Shown here piece after piece: positions 27,849-35,130 of a DNA stretch of 35,130 nucleotides. Both the position numbers and the translations under genes were made by a program. Below the pieces are notes generated by a model. The model was not told the origin of the DNA. It saw only the letters and a program-made list of their open reading frames with translations, and ran no database searches. The DNA lies in NCBI GenBank assembly GCA_964643525.1, contig CAZXTW010000002.1, positions 3,300 through 38,429 of the forward strand, written 5' to 3'. How positions within the stretch are numbered: position 1 is the first letter of the stretch; every line of letters begins with the position of its first letter. The stretch comes from an uncultured Roseivirgaceae bacterium. GTDB lineage: Bacteria; Bacteroidota; Bacteroidia; Cytophagales; Cyclobacteriaceae.

Positions 27849-29243
27849 TTATTGGGCCAGTGCCCTGTTTAACTCTGCGTCGCTAATCAGGTAATCATAG
27901 CGGGCAATGGCCAGTTGCAACTGGGCATTGGTGTAATTAGTCCGGGCCTCAAGGTATTCTACCAAAATAGCCTGACCTTCTTCGTACTTGCGGCGCACAA
28001 GCCTGAAGGTTTTGGCTGCGCTGCGCAGGCCCATCTGCCGGGCCTGAATACTCGCAACAGCAGCTCTTTTCCGCTGGTAAGCATCATTCACTTGCATGCC
28101 TATTTGTTGCTGCACCTCTTGCAATTGCGTTTTAATCTGCTTTACCTCAAGCTGCTGCTGCTGTATACGGCTCTTATTACCCCCGCCAGTAAACAATGGC
28201 ACTGAAAGGTTCAGCTGCAACAAAGCATAATCCTGGTTGCTGTCAAAGCTGTAACCAAACCCCTGGTAACCGGCCATCATCCCGGCCGAAAGCTGAGGCA
28301 GCCTACTGCCCTTATTTAACTGCAATAACTGTTCGTTGGCTTGTTGCGCATACCGCAACTGCGCCACCTCTTCCCTACCGGTAAGGGCTTGTGCAGTCAG
28401 GCCTTCCACATCTGCATCAGGTTCTGCCAGGGTTAAAGTAGCCAGGGCTGCATCAACCTCTATGGCACTGTTAAGAGGGCGGTTCAACAAAAAATTAAAA
28501 TAATTACGTGCCCTGCTGTGTTGCTGTTGGGCAGCAGCCACCTCACTAAACAATTGGCTTAACTCATATTCGGCAGCCGAAACTACATCGGGCGTGGCCT
28601 TATGGTTTGCCACCAGTTGCTTATTGACCCGTACCAGCTCTTGCAGTAACGTTTCAGTGCTATCGTAAATAGTTAGCAACTCTGCACTTTGTAAGTACTG
28701 GTAATAGGCCACCTTAATATCCTTGGTTAGTGCTTGCCTGTAAGCATCTCGTTTGGCCTCCTGCACTGATATCAGGCTTTGCTGAGCCTTATAATTATAA
28801 TAGATATCACTATTAAACAGGGGTTGCTCAACATAAAGGCGGGTATCATGAAAATCATTTGGCAAAAACTGCTCGTTCACATTCTCCAAATTTGCCGGAA
28901 ACTGCTCACTGTCTGTCAATTGATTCAGTGTTGTGTACACAGGGTTCATCAGGTCACCTATAGGTATACCTATCGTTCGTCCGCCTGCGGCCAGCGTGTA
29001 GCTGGCATTAAACTGCACATTGGGCATAAACAGGCTGCGGGCCTGCTTCAATGCTTCTACCTGTTGTTGCACTTCCAGGTTTTCTTGTTGTAGCGCCAGG
29101 TTGGCTTCCAACCCTTCAGCTACATAGCGTTCTAACACAGTTGGCTGCCCTAGTGTACGCTGGCCAAACAAGGCTAGCGTTACAAGCAGCAGGCAGCTAA
29201 AGGTGGTACGCCATTTTATACGCATCATTATGACATTTATCAT
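27849..29243 (-). CDS. TolC-family outer membrane efflux protein
   Basis: It has a signal peptide and two OEP repeats with long coiled-coil Q/L/A-rich helices. It is the first gene of the efflux operon. The exact start among the N-terminal Met codons is uncertain. Confidence 0.85.
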   Translation of the reverse strand: MINVIMMRIKWRTTFSCLLLVTLALFGQRTLGQPTVLERYVAEGLEANLALQQENLEVQQQVEALKQARSLFMPNVQFNASYTLAAGGRTIGIPIGDLMNPVYTTLNQLTDSEQFPANLENVNEQFLPNDFHDTRLYVEQPLFNSDIYYNYKAQQSLISVQEAKRDAYRQALTKDIKVAYYQYLQSAELLTIYDSTETLLQELVRVNKQLVANHKATPDVVSAAEYELSQLFSEVAAAQQQHSRARNYFNFLLNRPLNSAIEVDAALATLTLAEPDADVEGLTAQALTGREEVAQLRYAQQANEQLLQLNKGSRLPQLSAGMMAGYQGFGYSFDSNQDYALLQLNLSVPLFTGGGNKSRIQQQQLEVKQIKTQLQEVQQQIGMQVNDAYQRKRAAVASIQARQMGLRSAAKTFRLVRRKYEEGQAILVEYLEARTNYTNAQLQLAIARYDYLISDAELNRALAQ

Positions 29244-29265
29244 CAGTTAAACACTTTGCATTTAA

Positions 29266-29278
29266 TGAACACTGTTCA
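29266..29278. promoter_or_regulatory. Putative TetR operator 1 (efflux operon promoter region)
   Basis: The 6-1-6 palindrome TGAACA-C-TGTTCA lies 23 nt upstream of the TolC start. Its reverse complement, extended (TTACTGAACAGTGTTCAT), matches 16/18 positions of the site at 29996-30013. Confidence 0.65.
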
Positions 29279-29289
29279 GTAATAAGATC

Positions 29290-29323
29290 AAAAAAAACTG
29301 TTAGCGGCATGCCGTAACAGTTT
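29290..29323 (-). terminator. Rho-independent terminator after tetR (partial insulation from the efflux operon)
   Basis: On the minus strand, a 9-bp stem AAACTGTTA / TAACAGTTT encloses a GC-rich palindromic loop (CGGCATGCCG), followed by T8. It overlaps the tetR stop codon. Confidence 0.65.
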
Positions 29324-29933
29324 ACATCTCGCGCAGCATCTGGTTAAACATATCTAATGCCTTCCATAGCATCGCTTCACGTTCTTCTGGGGGCAGCATA
29401 CGCATGCGGCAACGCAAACGCAACGACACAATGCCGTGCACAAAACCCCAAATAACCATAGCCAGCACATCCGGGTCTTTCTCCTTAAAATACCCGGCAG
29501 CCATACAATCGGCCACAGTATCAATCAGCACCTGGTGCCCACGCATACCAGCCTCCCAGGCATCGCTGGTTTTCTCTGTATCCATGGGCTCCCGCATAAT
29601 AAACATCAGGTCATAATAACTGGGGTTTTCATAAGCAAACCTAAAATAAGTGCGGCCTAGTGCCTTCAAGCGCTCCATAGGTTCATCTACCTCACGTGCA
29701 CTTTGCAGGTACTGCCCAAAGCAAGTAAATGCTTCCAGGCTAATGGCATAAAACAACTCGTTCTTATCCTTAAAATACAGGTAAATCGTGGCCGGGCTAT
29801 ACTCTATGGCCTCTGCCACATTCCTGATACTGGTCTTCTCAAAGCCCTTCTCCACAAACAGGTGGGTGGCTGCCTGCAAAATGCGCCGCCGCATCTCCTG
29901 CCTTTCTCTTTCCTTTCGTTCGGCTATACCCAT
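29322..29933 (-). CDS. TetR/AcrR-family transcriptional repressor
   Basis: The track ORF is 29322..29993; I prefer the ATG at 29933 (MGIAERKERERQEMRRRIL...). The HTH reads 'ILQAATHLFVEKGFEKTSIRNVAEAIEYSPATIYLYFKDKNELF'. It sits directly upstream of the TolC-MFP-RND genes. Confidence 0.85.
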   Translation of the reverse strand: MGIAERKERERQEMRRRILQAATHLFVEKGFEKTSIRNVAEAIEYSPATIYLYFKDKNELFYAISLEAFTCFGQYLQSAREVDEPMERLKALGRTYFRFAYENPSYYDLMFIMREPMDTEKTSDAWEAGMRGHQVLIDTVADCMAAGYFKEKDPDVLAMVIWGFVHGIVSLRLRCRMRMLPPEEREAMLWKALDMFNQMLREM

Positions 29934-29996
29934 AACTACTACGCTTTGGTCATTGATGGCACCATTACCACCATGTTCAAGTATACAACGCAAACT

Positions 29997-30015
29997 TACT
30001 AAACAGTGTTCAGTA
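29997..30015. promoter_or_regulatory. Putative TetR operator 2 (tetR autoregulatory site)
   Basis: TACTAAACA-G-TGTTCAGTA is a 9-1-9 near-palindrome with one arm mismatch. It lies 64 nt upstream of the preferred tetR start and shares its core with operator 1. Confidence 0.6.
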
Positions 30016-30303
30016 AAAAATCATCATTCTTTAAAAAATTAATGTTAACCCTAATCAAAGCTCTAAACCCCCAACCATAAATACATTTCACTATATACTA
30101 ATTATCACATTATTAAAATACATAATAGCATATACCAGCTGGTGTAAGCCAGAGAATCTTTAGCAGTACCAAAACCCCAATACGGAACAACAAAGTGCCT
30201 ATTTATCCATTAAAACAAGCTTTAAGGGCCCAATAAGGCATCTTCACATCGTCTACCGGTAACCAAGACAGTTCCCGGCCCTGCCGCAAAGCCGGCAGGT
30301 ACT

Positions 30304-30319
30304 GATGATGGCCATCATC
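30304..30319. promoter_or_regulatory. Perfect 16-bp palindrome upstream of the small lipoprotein gene
   Basis: GATGATGGCCATCATC is self-complementary. It is preceded by a second hairpin, CTGCCG-CAAAGC-CGGCAG (30281-30298), and followed by CTTTTGG. It lies 40 nt upstream of the ATG at 30359. Confidence 0.5.
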
Positions 30320-30358
30320 CTTTTGGAAGCAATTCAAAATCAGAAAAAAGGATGAAAA

Positions 30359-30565
30359 ATGTTCAAAAAATTCCGTGCAGCATTATTTGCTGTAGCCCTA
30401 TTGGTAAGCACTGCCGGCCTGGCAAGTTGCTCTGACGAGTTCTATGGTGAAGCCCCCGGCCTGCCCGAACAAGTTGCCGATAGCGGCGGCACCAACGGCG
30501 GCACCAGTGGCAATGGCGGCGAGCAACCGCATGGCCCCGATACTGGCGAAGATGACATCGAATAG
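30359..30565 (+). CDS. Small acidic Gly-rich lipoprotein (68 aa)
   Basis: It has a signal peptide with lipobox 'AGLAS|C'. The 45-aa mature part is CSDEFYGEAPGLPEQVADSGGTNGGTSGNGGEQPHGPDTGEDDIE. The gene has its own terminator. Confidence 0.65.
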   Translation: MFKKFRAALFAVALLVSTAGLASCSDEFYGEAPGLPEQVADSGGTNGGTSGNGGEQPHGPDTGEDDIE

Positions 30566-30624
30566 CGCAACACCCAACAAATCAGGCACTAACCTGTAAC
30601 AGTTTATTACTAATCCAAACAAAC

Positions 30625-30658
30625 AGAGCACCCAGCAAAACGGGTGCTCTACTTTTTT
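30625..30658 (+). terminator. Rho-independent terminator after the small lipoprotein gene
   Basis: A perfect 9-bp stem AGAGCACCC (30625-30633) / GGGTGCTCT (30642-30650) with an 8-nt loop, followed by AC and T6. Confidence 0.8.
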
Positions 30659-30780
30659 GTATATTACACTTTACCCAATAACCATCAAACAGTACAATAC
30701 CCTGGCCTTATAAATTAATGACTACATATTTTAAATACTACGCTTTGCTACCTCATTACTAAATCAATCAACCAGCACCT

Positions 30781-32991
30781 ATGAAAATATTAGCTACTAC
30801 CTACCTACTGTTTTGGGGCTTATTACTCAATGCTCAAGCCACTGACTATTTTGATGACATTCAAGCCAACTTTCGCCAAAGTGCCGCACATAGAAAGGCA
30901 GGCAACTGGCAGGCAGCTCTGCCCCCCATGTTGCAGGCAGCAACCATAGCGCACCAGAACAACGACAACAAAAGGCTAGTGCAGTGCCTCAATGAACTGG
31001 GTAATATTTACAACTACCTTGGCCAATACCACCTGGCCATACAAGTGCTAGACAGTTCGCACCAGCTGTTACAAATAAGCCCTAACTCAAAATACTATTT
31101 AACTGCCACCATCAAACTTGCCGAAGCCCATGCCGCCTTAAGCCATAAAGCAGCTACAAAAGCCAACCTGGCTGAACTATTCAAAATCACTAAAGCCAAT
31201 CAAGACAGCCTAAAGCTGGCACATGGCTACACCGTGGCGGGCGTACTCTACACCAACCTCAACCAGTTTGATAGCAGTGCCATGTATTATGACTCTGCCA
31301 TCACCCTTTACCAGGCCCTGGGCAATGCCAGCCAGTTGGCCAACACACAACACAACCTGGGCATAGTGCTAAGCAAACAAAGCAATTACCAGCAAGCCCT
31401 TACCGCTTACCTTAATGCTTTACGGTATTTTGAACAACACCAAATTGAAAGCCAGGCAGCCAATGTTTACAACAGCATAGCCACCCTGTTTGAAAAACAA
31501 AAAGACAGTACCTCTGCCATCAACTACCTAAAAGCTGGCCTGCAAAAAGCCAAACCTGGCAGTAAACTTGAAGGGCTCCTCAATTACAGCCTGGGCAATA
31601 CGCTTTTGGGCCAGGCACAGTATGACTCTGCCATAGTTCACTACTACAATGCCCTGAACACATGGAAGGCCCTGAACGACACCGTACGCATCGTCAACAC
31701 CTACCTGAGCTTGGCGCAGGCCACCTTGAAGACTGCGCCTGCCTCAGCCACAGCTCCCACTAACTTAATAGACAGCGTGGCCCCTTACGTAATTGGCATT
31801 ACTGATTCAACTCTTTTAGCAGAATACCAAACCACTTTGGGCGAGCATTTACTTGCAAAGCAAAAACCAGCCCAAGCCCTTAAAGTACTCATTGCTGCCG
31901 CTGCTACCTTTCAAGATCGTGGTCTGCCCGAACGACTTTTCAGAGTTTGGTGGTTACAACGTAGCGCCTATAGGCAGCTCAATGACTTTGAAAATTATTC
32001 TAGACTTACTTCCCTCCATGACTCAATAAATATTCTATTCAACAACCAACAAAAACAAGCCAGCCTGCAAGAGTTAGCTGTAAAGTACGAAACCGAGAAG
32101 CGTGAACAGCAAATTGAATTTCTTGAAACCGTACAACAAGAAACAGAAACCCGACTTCTTTTCCAGAATCGATTTCTCTGGACCATTTCAGCGCTAGCTG
32201 TAACACTCTTTGTCTTGGCAGCCTTCATCTACCGCAGCCGCACCAAACTGGCCAAAAAGAACATCGCCATACAAAAACTTAATGAAGAGCAAAAAGAACT
32301 GAATGAAGAACTGCATGCGGCCAACGACCAGCTAGAGCTGCGTGCCAATGAACTCATTAAAATGAACCGCACCATTGAAGAGCTAAACAGCGAGCTGAAC
32401 CACCGCACCCTGAACCACCTCGAACTTATACAAAGCTACTATGAGCTGGGCACCTACCAGGCCGAAAAGCCCGAACTACGCGAAGCCATGAAACACGGCA
32501 TGCTCAAGCTTGAAACCATGGTTGAGCTGTACCAGATGTTGCACACCCAAATAGCAGAAAACCCCAACCTGTCATTACAGCAATACATGGGTAAGCTACT
32601 ACAAAAGCTGCTACAGCTGGCTGCCCTGCCACCAGAGGTACTCACTGTCAATGGGCACGACCTGGTGCTGCCCAATAAAACCATGCTTTATATGGGCATA
32701 ATCGTGACAGAACTCGTTACCAACAGCATCAAATACGGGCACCAGCAGGGGCAACAGCTCAACATCAACATACACTGGGGCACAGAAAATAAAGGAGAGT
32801 TTGCTTTGACAGTGCAAGACAATGGCCCTGGCCTGGAACAGCCTCCTGAATCACTCAAAGACAACTCATTTGGCCTAAAAATGGTATACCTACTTACACA
32901 ACAACTCAATGGCACCCTGCAATACCACTACCGGCAGGGCGCCAATTGGCAACTACAACTGGCCAACACATTTGCTTTACAAACCAGCTAA
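30781..32991 (+). CDS. Sensor histidine kinase with extracytoplasmic TPR array (signal peptide, TPRs, 1 TM, coiled coil, HisKA_2-type H-box, HATPase)
   Basis: Signal peptide: 'LLFWGLLLNAQA'. It has many TPR-like repeats, e.g. 'CLNELGNIYNYLGQYHLAIQVLD'. TM helix: 'FLWTISALAVTLFVLAAFIY'. H-box: 'LNHRTLNHLELIQSY'. ATPase: 'IIVTELVTNSIKYG', 'VQDNGPGL'. Confidence 0.85.
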   Translation: MKILATTYLLFWGLLLNAQATDYFDDIQANFRQSAAHRKAGNWQAALPPMLQAATIAHQNNDNKRLVQCLNELGNIYNYLGQYHLAIQVLDSSHQLLQISPNSKYYLTATIKLAEAHAALSHKAATKANLAELFKITKANQDSLKLAHGYTVAGVLYTNLNQFDSSAMYYDSAITLYQALGNASQLANTQHNLGIVLSKQSNYQQALTAYLNALRYFEQHQIESQAANVYNSIATLFEKQKDSTSAINYLKAGLQKAKPGSKLEGLLNYSLGNTLLGQAQYDSAIVHYYNALNTWKALNDTVRIVNTYLSLAQATLKTAPASATAPTNLIDSVAPYVIGITDSTLLAEYQTTLGEHLLAKQKPAQALKVLIAAAATFQDRGLPERLFRVWWLQRSAYRQLNDFENYSRLTSLHDSINILFNNQQKQASLQELAVKYETEKREQQIEFLETVQQETETRLLFQNRFLWTISALAVTLFVLAAFIYRSRTKLAKKNIAIQKLNEEQKELNEELHAANDQLELRANELIKMNRTIEELNSELNHRTLNHLELIQSYYELGTYQAEKPELREAMKHGMLKLETMVELYQMLHTQIAENPNLSLQQYMGKLLQKLLQLAALPPEVLTVNGHDLVLPNKTMLYMGIIVTELVTNSIKYGHQQGQQLNINIHWGTENKGEFALTVQDNGPGLEQPPESLKDNSFGLKMVYLLTQQLNGTLQYHYRQGANWQLQLANTFALQTS

Positions 32992-32997
32992 AAAACC

Positions 32998-33804
32998 ATG
33001 CAAACAACCACTATGCAGAAAACACCCACCACCACATTCAAAATTGCCGTTGTGGAAGACGAAGCCCTAATAGCCGAAAAAATACGCTACAACCTCAAAA
33101 CCATGGGCTACCACAACACCAACCATTACAGCAGCTACCCCACTGCCCTTGAGGCCATCAAAGCCAACCTGCCAGACCTGGCCCTATTAGATATTGAACT
33201 GAGTGATCCCCCCAATGGCCCTGATGGCATAATGCTGGCCAAGGCCATCAGGCAGTTTGCCACTTTACCAGTCATCTTTCTTACCCAGCACCCCTACACC
33301 AAATTCCAGGACCGTTTACAAAACGTGCCCAACGTTGCCTACCTGCGCAAGCAGTTCTACAAAGACACCCTCCATGCGGCCATCATCCAGGCTGTCAACA
33401 ACAAGCAAAGCCAGCTACAGCCTGCCACCAACAGCACTGAACCAGAGGCAGGCATCTACACGCTCAACAACAAATTTTTCGTTTACCACGAGGGGCAGTT
33501 CCAGAGCTTCGAGGCAGACGACCTGCTGTTCATCCAGGCCGCCCGGGGCTATTCTGATATGGTATTTGGCCAACAAAGCCCGGTCAAAAAAGTAATTGTT
33601 ACCATGAACATGACTAAAGTGGCCCAGCAGCTGGGTTACCCCCAGCTGGTGCAGGTACACCGCAGCACTACCATTAACCTGCACCACCTCACGGCCATCA
33701 ACGGCAACATGCTCATTGTAGGTGGCCATGAAATACAAATGGGCCCAAAATACCGCGATGCCCTCCTCAACCACCTCCGCATCCTCAAAAACCCCAAAAC
33801 CTGA
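32998..33804 (+). CDS. LytTR-family response regulator
   Basis: REC: 'KIAVVEDEALIAEKI...LALLDIEL...'. C-terminal LytTR: 'LLFIQAARGYSDMVF...VHRSTTINLHHL'. It starts 6 nt after the kinase stop. Confidence 0.85.
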   Translation: MQTTTMQKTPTTTFKIAVVEDEALIAEKIRYNLKTMGYHNTNHYSSYPTALEAIKANLPDLALLDIELSDPPNGPDGIMLAKAIRQFATLPVIFLTQHPYTKFQDRLQNVPNVAYLRKQFYKDTLHAAIIQAVNNKQSQLQPATNSTEPEAGIYTLNNKFFVYHEGQFQSFEADDLLFIQAARGYSDMVFGQQSPVKKVIVTMNMTKVAQQLGYPQLVQVHRSTTINLHHLTAINGNMLIVGGHEIQMGPKYRDALLNHLRILKNPKT

Positions 33805-33943
33805 AATGTAGAGTTGCCACCTTAGAGGAGACCTTGAATTAAGGAGTACTCTTGGCAGCAGCCCCATAAAGGCCTAAAACCATCAATAAAGGCTTGGCCC
33901 TGGGTTTATTCATATAGCGGCTGAAGTACTACCTACCGTTTTG

Positions 33944-34897
33944 CTACTCACTTCCGTGCTTGATTTGTTCAATCACCTCAAGCGATAAACCTGTATAGAG
34001 TACAATTTTCTCAATGGGCTCACCATTAGCAATCATAGCCCTGGCAACCTCCGTTGTTTTCTCATCCTTTCCTTCAGCCAGCCCTTCAGCCTTTCCTTCA
34101 GCCTTTCCTTCAGCTTTACCAAACTTGCGGTTATCTTCAGCAATGGTTTGTAACATGCCCATATTCTTTCCTAATTTATTGTGTTGGTATAACTCTGAAT
34201 CAAATTCAATATAATTTCTTCCCTCTTTAAAGATAAAGAAATCTCTTACAAAACGCAGCAAGATGTTAATGTGTTCATCAGGGTAGCCCAAATCATATAA
34301 CCTACGTACCATTTGCCGTTGCAGGGCGCGTTTAGTGGCATCATCACCTCCTTTCACCTCTAAATATCGCCGGGCCGTTTCCATAATAAAACCAAACGGG
34401 TTATCGGCTTGCCGCAGTGCCTCAGGTGTATATCCCAACAGCTTAAATGTCTTAAACTCATACGTAACCCTGGTGCCACCAAGGCTTTCCCTGGTATAAG
34501 CAGTGGTTTTAAAACTCGGCCGGTCATCGGCCAGCACAGCTATGGCCGTCAAATCAGTGGCATCGTCAAAATGATCAGAAATACGATAGTAATACTCAAA
34601 CATCCGTTTGGCAAAACGCTTATCATAATACTCTTGCACCTCAACGTGTACCAGTAGGCAAATCGCAGCGCCATTTTTCATGGCAAACTCAATCACCATA
34701 TCGGCCCTGCGGTCAGTACCTTCATTAGCAAACAAATGCTTCAGGTCTTTATTCAACAACTTGGGGCGTACATCAAAATCGATATGTGGCACCAGCTCTG
34801 GCAAAAAATACCGAATGAAGTGAAAAGCAAAGTCTTCAATAACAACCTTCCACAACTTATCGTGGCTATAGGGGTCTTCGTTGGTGGTTCTGTGCAT
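33944..34897 (-). CDS. Rpn/YhgA-like PD-(D/E)XK recombination-promoting nuclease / putative transposase family protein
   Basis: The N-terminal 'HDKLWKVV...', 'RRADMVIEF' and 'LLVHVEVQ' give a D...ExQ nuclease motif. The C-terminal '(GKAE)n ... IANGEPIEKIVLYTGLSLEVIEQI' tail is typical of this family. Confidence 0.7.
   Translation of the reverse strand: MHRTTNEDPYSHDKLWKVVIEDFAFHFIRYFLPELVPHIDFDVRPKLLNKDLKHLFANEGTDRRADMVIEFAMKNGAAICLLVHVEVQEYYDKRFAKRMFEYYYRISDHFDDATDLTAIAVLADDRPSFKTTAYTRESLGGTRVTYEFKTFKLLGYTPEALRQADNPFGFIMETARRYLEVKGGDDATKRALQRQMVRRLYDLGYPDEHINILLRFVRDFFIFKEGRNYIEFDSELYQHNKLGKNMGMLQTIAEDNRKFGKAEGKAEGKAEGLAEGKDEKTTEVARAMIANGEPIEKIVLYTGLSLEVIEQIKHGSE
34068..34115 (-). repeat. 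Four tandem 12-nt repeats inside the Rpn-like gene (encode GKAEGKAEGKAEGLAE)
   Basis: The plus-strand units are TTTCCTTCAGCC / AGCCCTTCAGCC / TTTCCTTCAGCC / TTTCCTTCAGCT. Confidence 0.8.
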
Positions 34898-35130
34898 TGA
34901 TATGAATCAAACTAACACTACCAATATAGATAAAACCAACCTACTGTATAGCTTTTGCAACAACTATTACTTGAACAGTAACATAACCCAATCAAAACTA
35001 AGCTATTACCCTGACCCGCTAAATAGCACAGCACTAAATAGGCAATTGGTGGCGCATAATTTTTTATCATAACCCGTGCAGCACCTCAACTTACGGTTGT
35101 GGTAGAATCAAGGAAAATAGTGAGTGCAGC

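Noticed and set aside
1-35130. Search by eye for CRISPR arrays, tRNA/rRNA genes, IS elements with terminal inverted repeats, integrases and classical defence or toxin-antitoxin gene pairs
   Set aside because: I found no regularly spaced direct repeats, no cloverleaf-like or rRNA-like segments, and no transposase or integrase ORF other than the Rpn-like gene. Absence is based on manual inspection only and should be confirmed with tRNAscan, Infernal and ISfinder-type searches.

Overview
The window looks like a chromosomal segment from a Bacteroidota-type genome. Evidence: a T9SS C-terminal sorting domain, a TetR-TolC-MFP-RND operon layout, extracytoplasmic TPR sensor kinases, and little Shine-Dalgarno signal. 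I see about 29 protein genes and no rRNA, tRNA, CRISPR array or obvious transposon. (1) 1-8.2 kb is a tightly coupled lipid/acyl-CoA catabolic operon: family III CoA-transferase/racemase-like, DECR/PECR-type SDR, long acyl-CoA dehydrogenase (ACAD), acyl-CoA synthetase, and two tandem ACAD paralogs, the second fused to an SCP2 domain. (2) 8.3-10.5 kb is a roughly 0.7 kb ORF-free, very AT-rich spacer. It is followed by a 52-aa ORF missing from the ORF track, which has a double-glycine-type leader, and then a kinase-less TPR membrane protein. (3) 10.5-23.5 kb holds a divergent PNPOx-like/MocR pair, a CHAD protein, a small T9SS cargo, a LytS/LytTR two-component system (TCS), an ABM protein, coaX, a 3xCBM-like/7TM/AraC one-component sensor, a REC plus REC-HK pair, and a putative beta-barrel protein. 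(4) 23.7-30.0 kb is a TetR-controlled TolC/MFP/RND efflux operon with two copies of a palindromic operator. (5) 30.3-33.8 kb carries a 68-aa acidic lipoprotein, a TPR sensor kinase and a LytTR regulator, followed by an Rpn/YhgA-like PD-(D/E)XK nuclease. The most interesting point is that a small exported peptide starting with Cys and rich in acidic, Pro and Gly residues sits directly upstream of an extracytoplasmic TPR sensor twice in this window. The two peptide cores share short motifs by eye. This suggests an undescribed peptide/TPR-sensor signalling module, but that is inference from sequence only.
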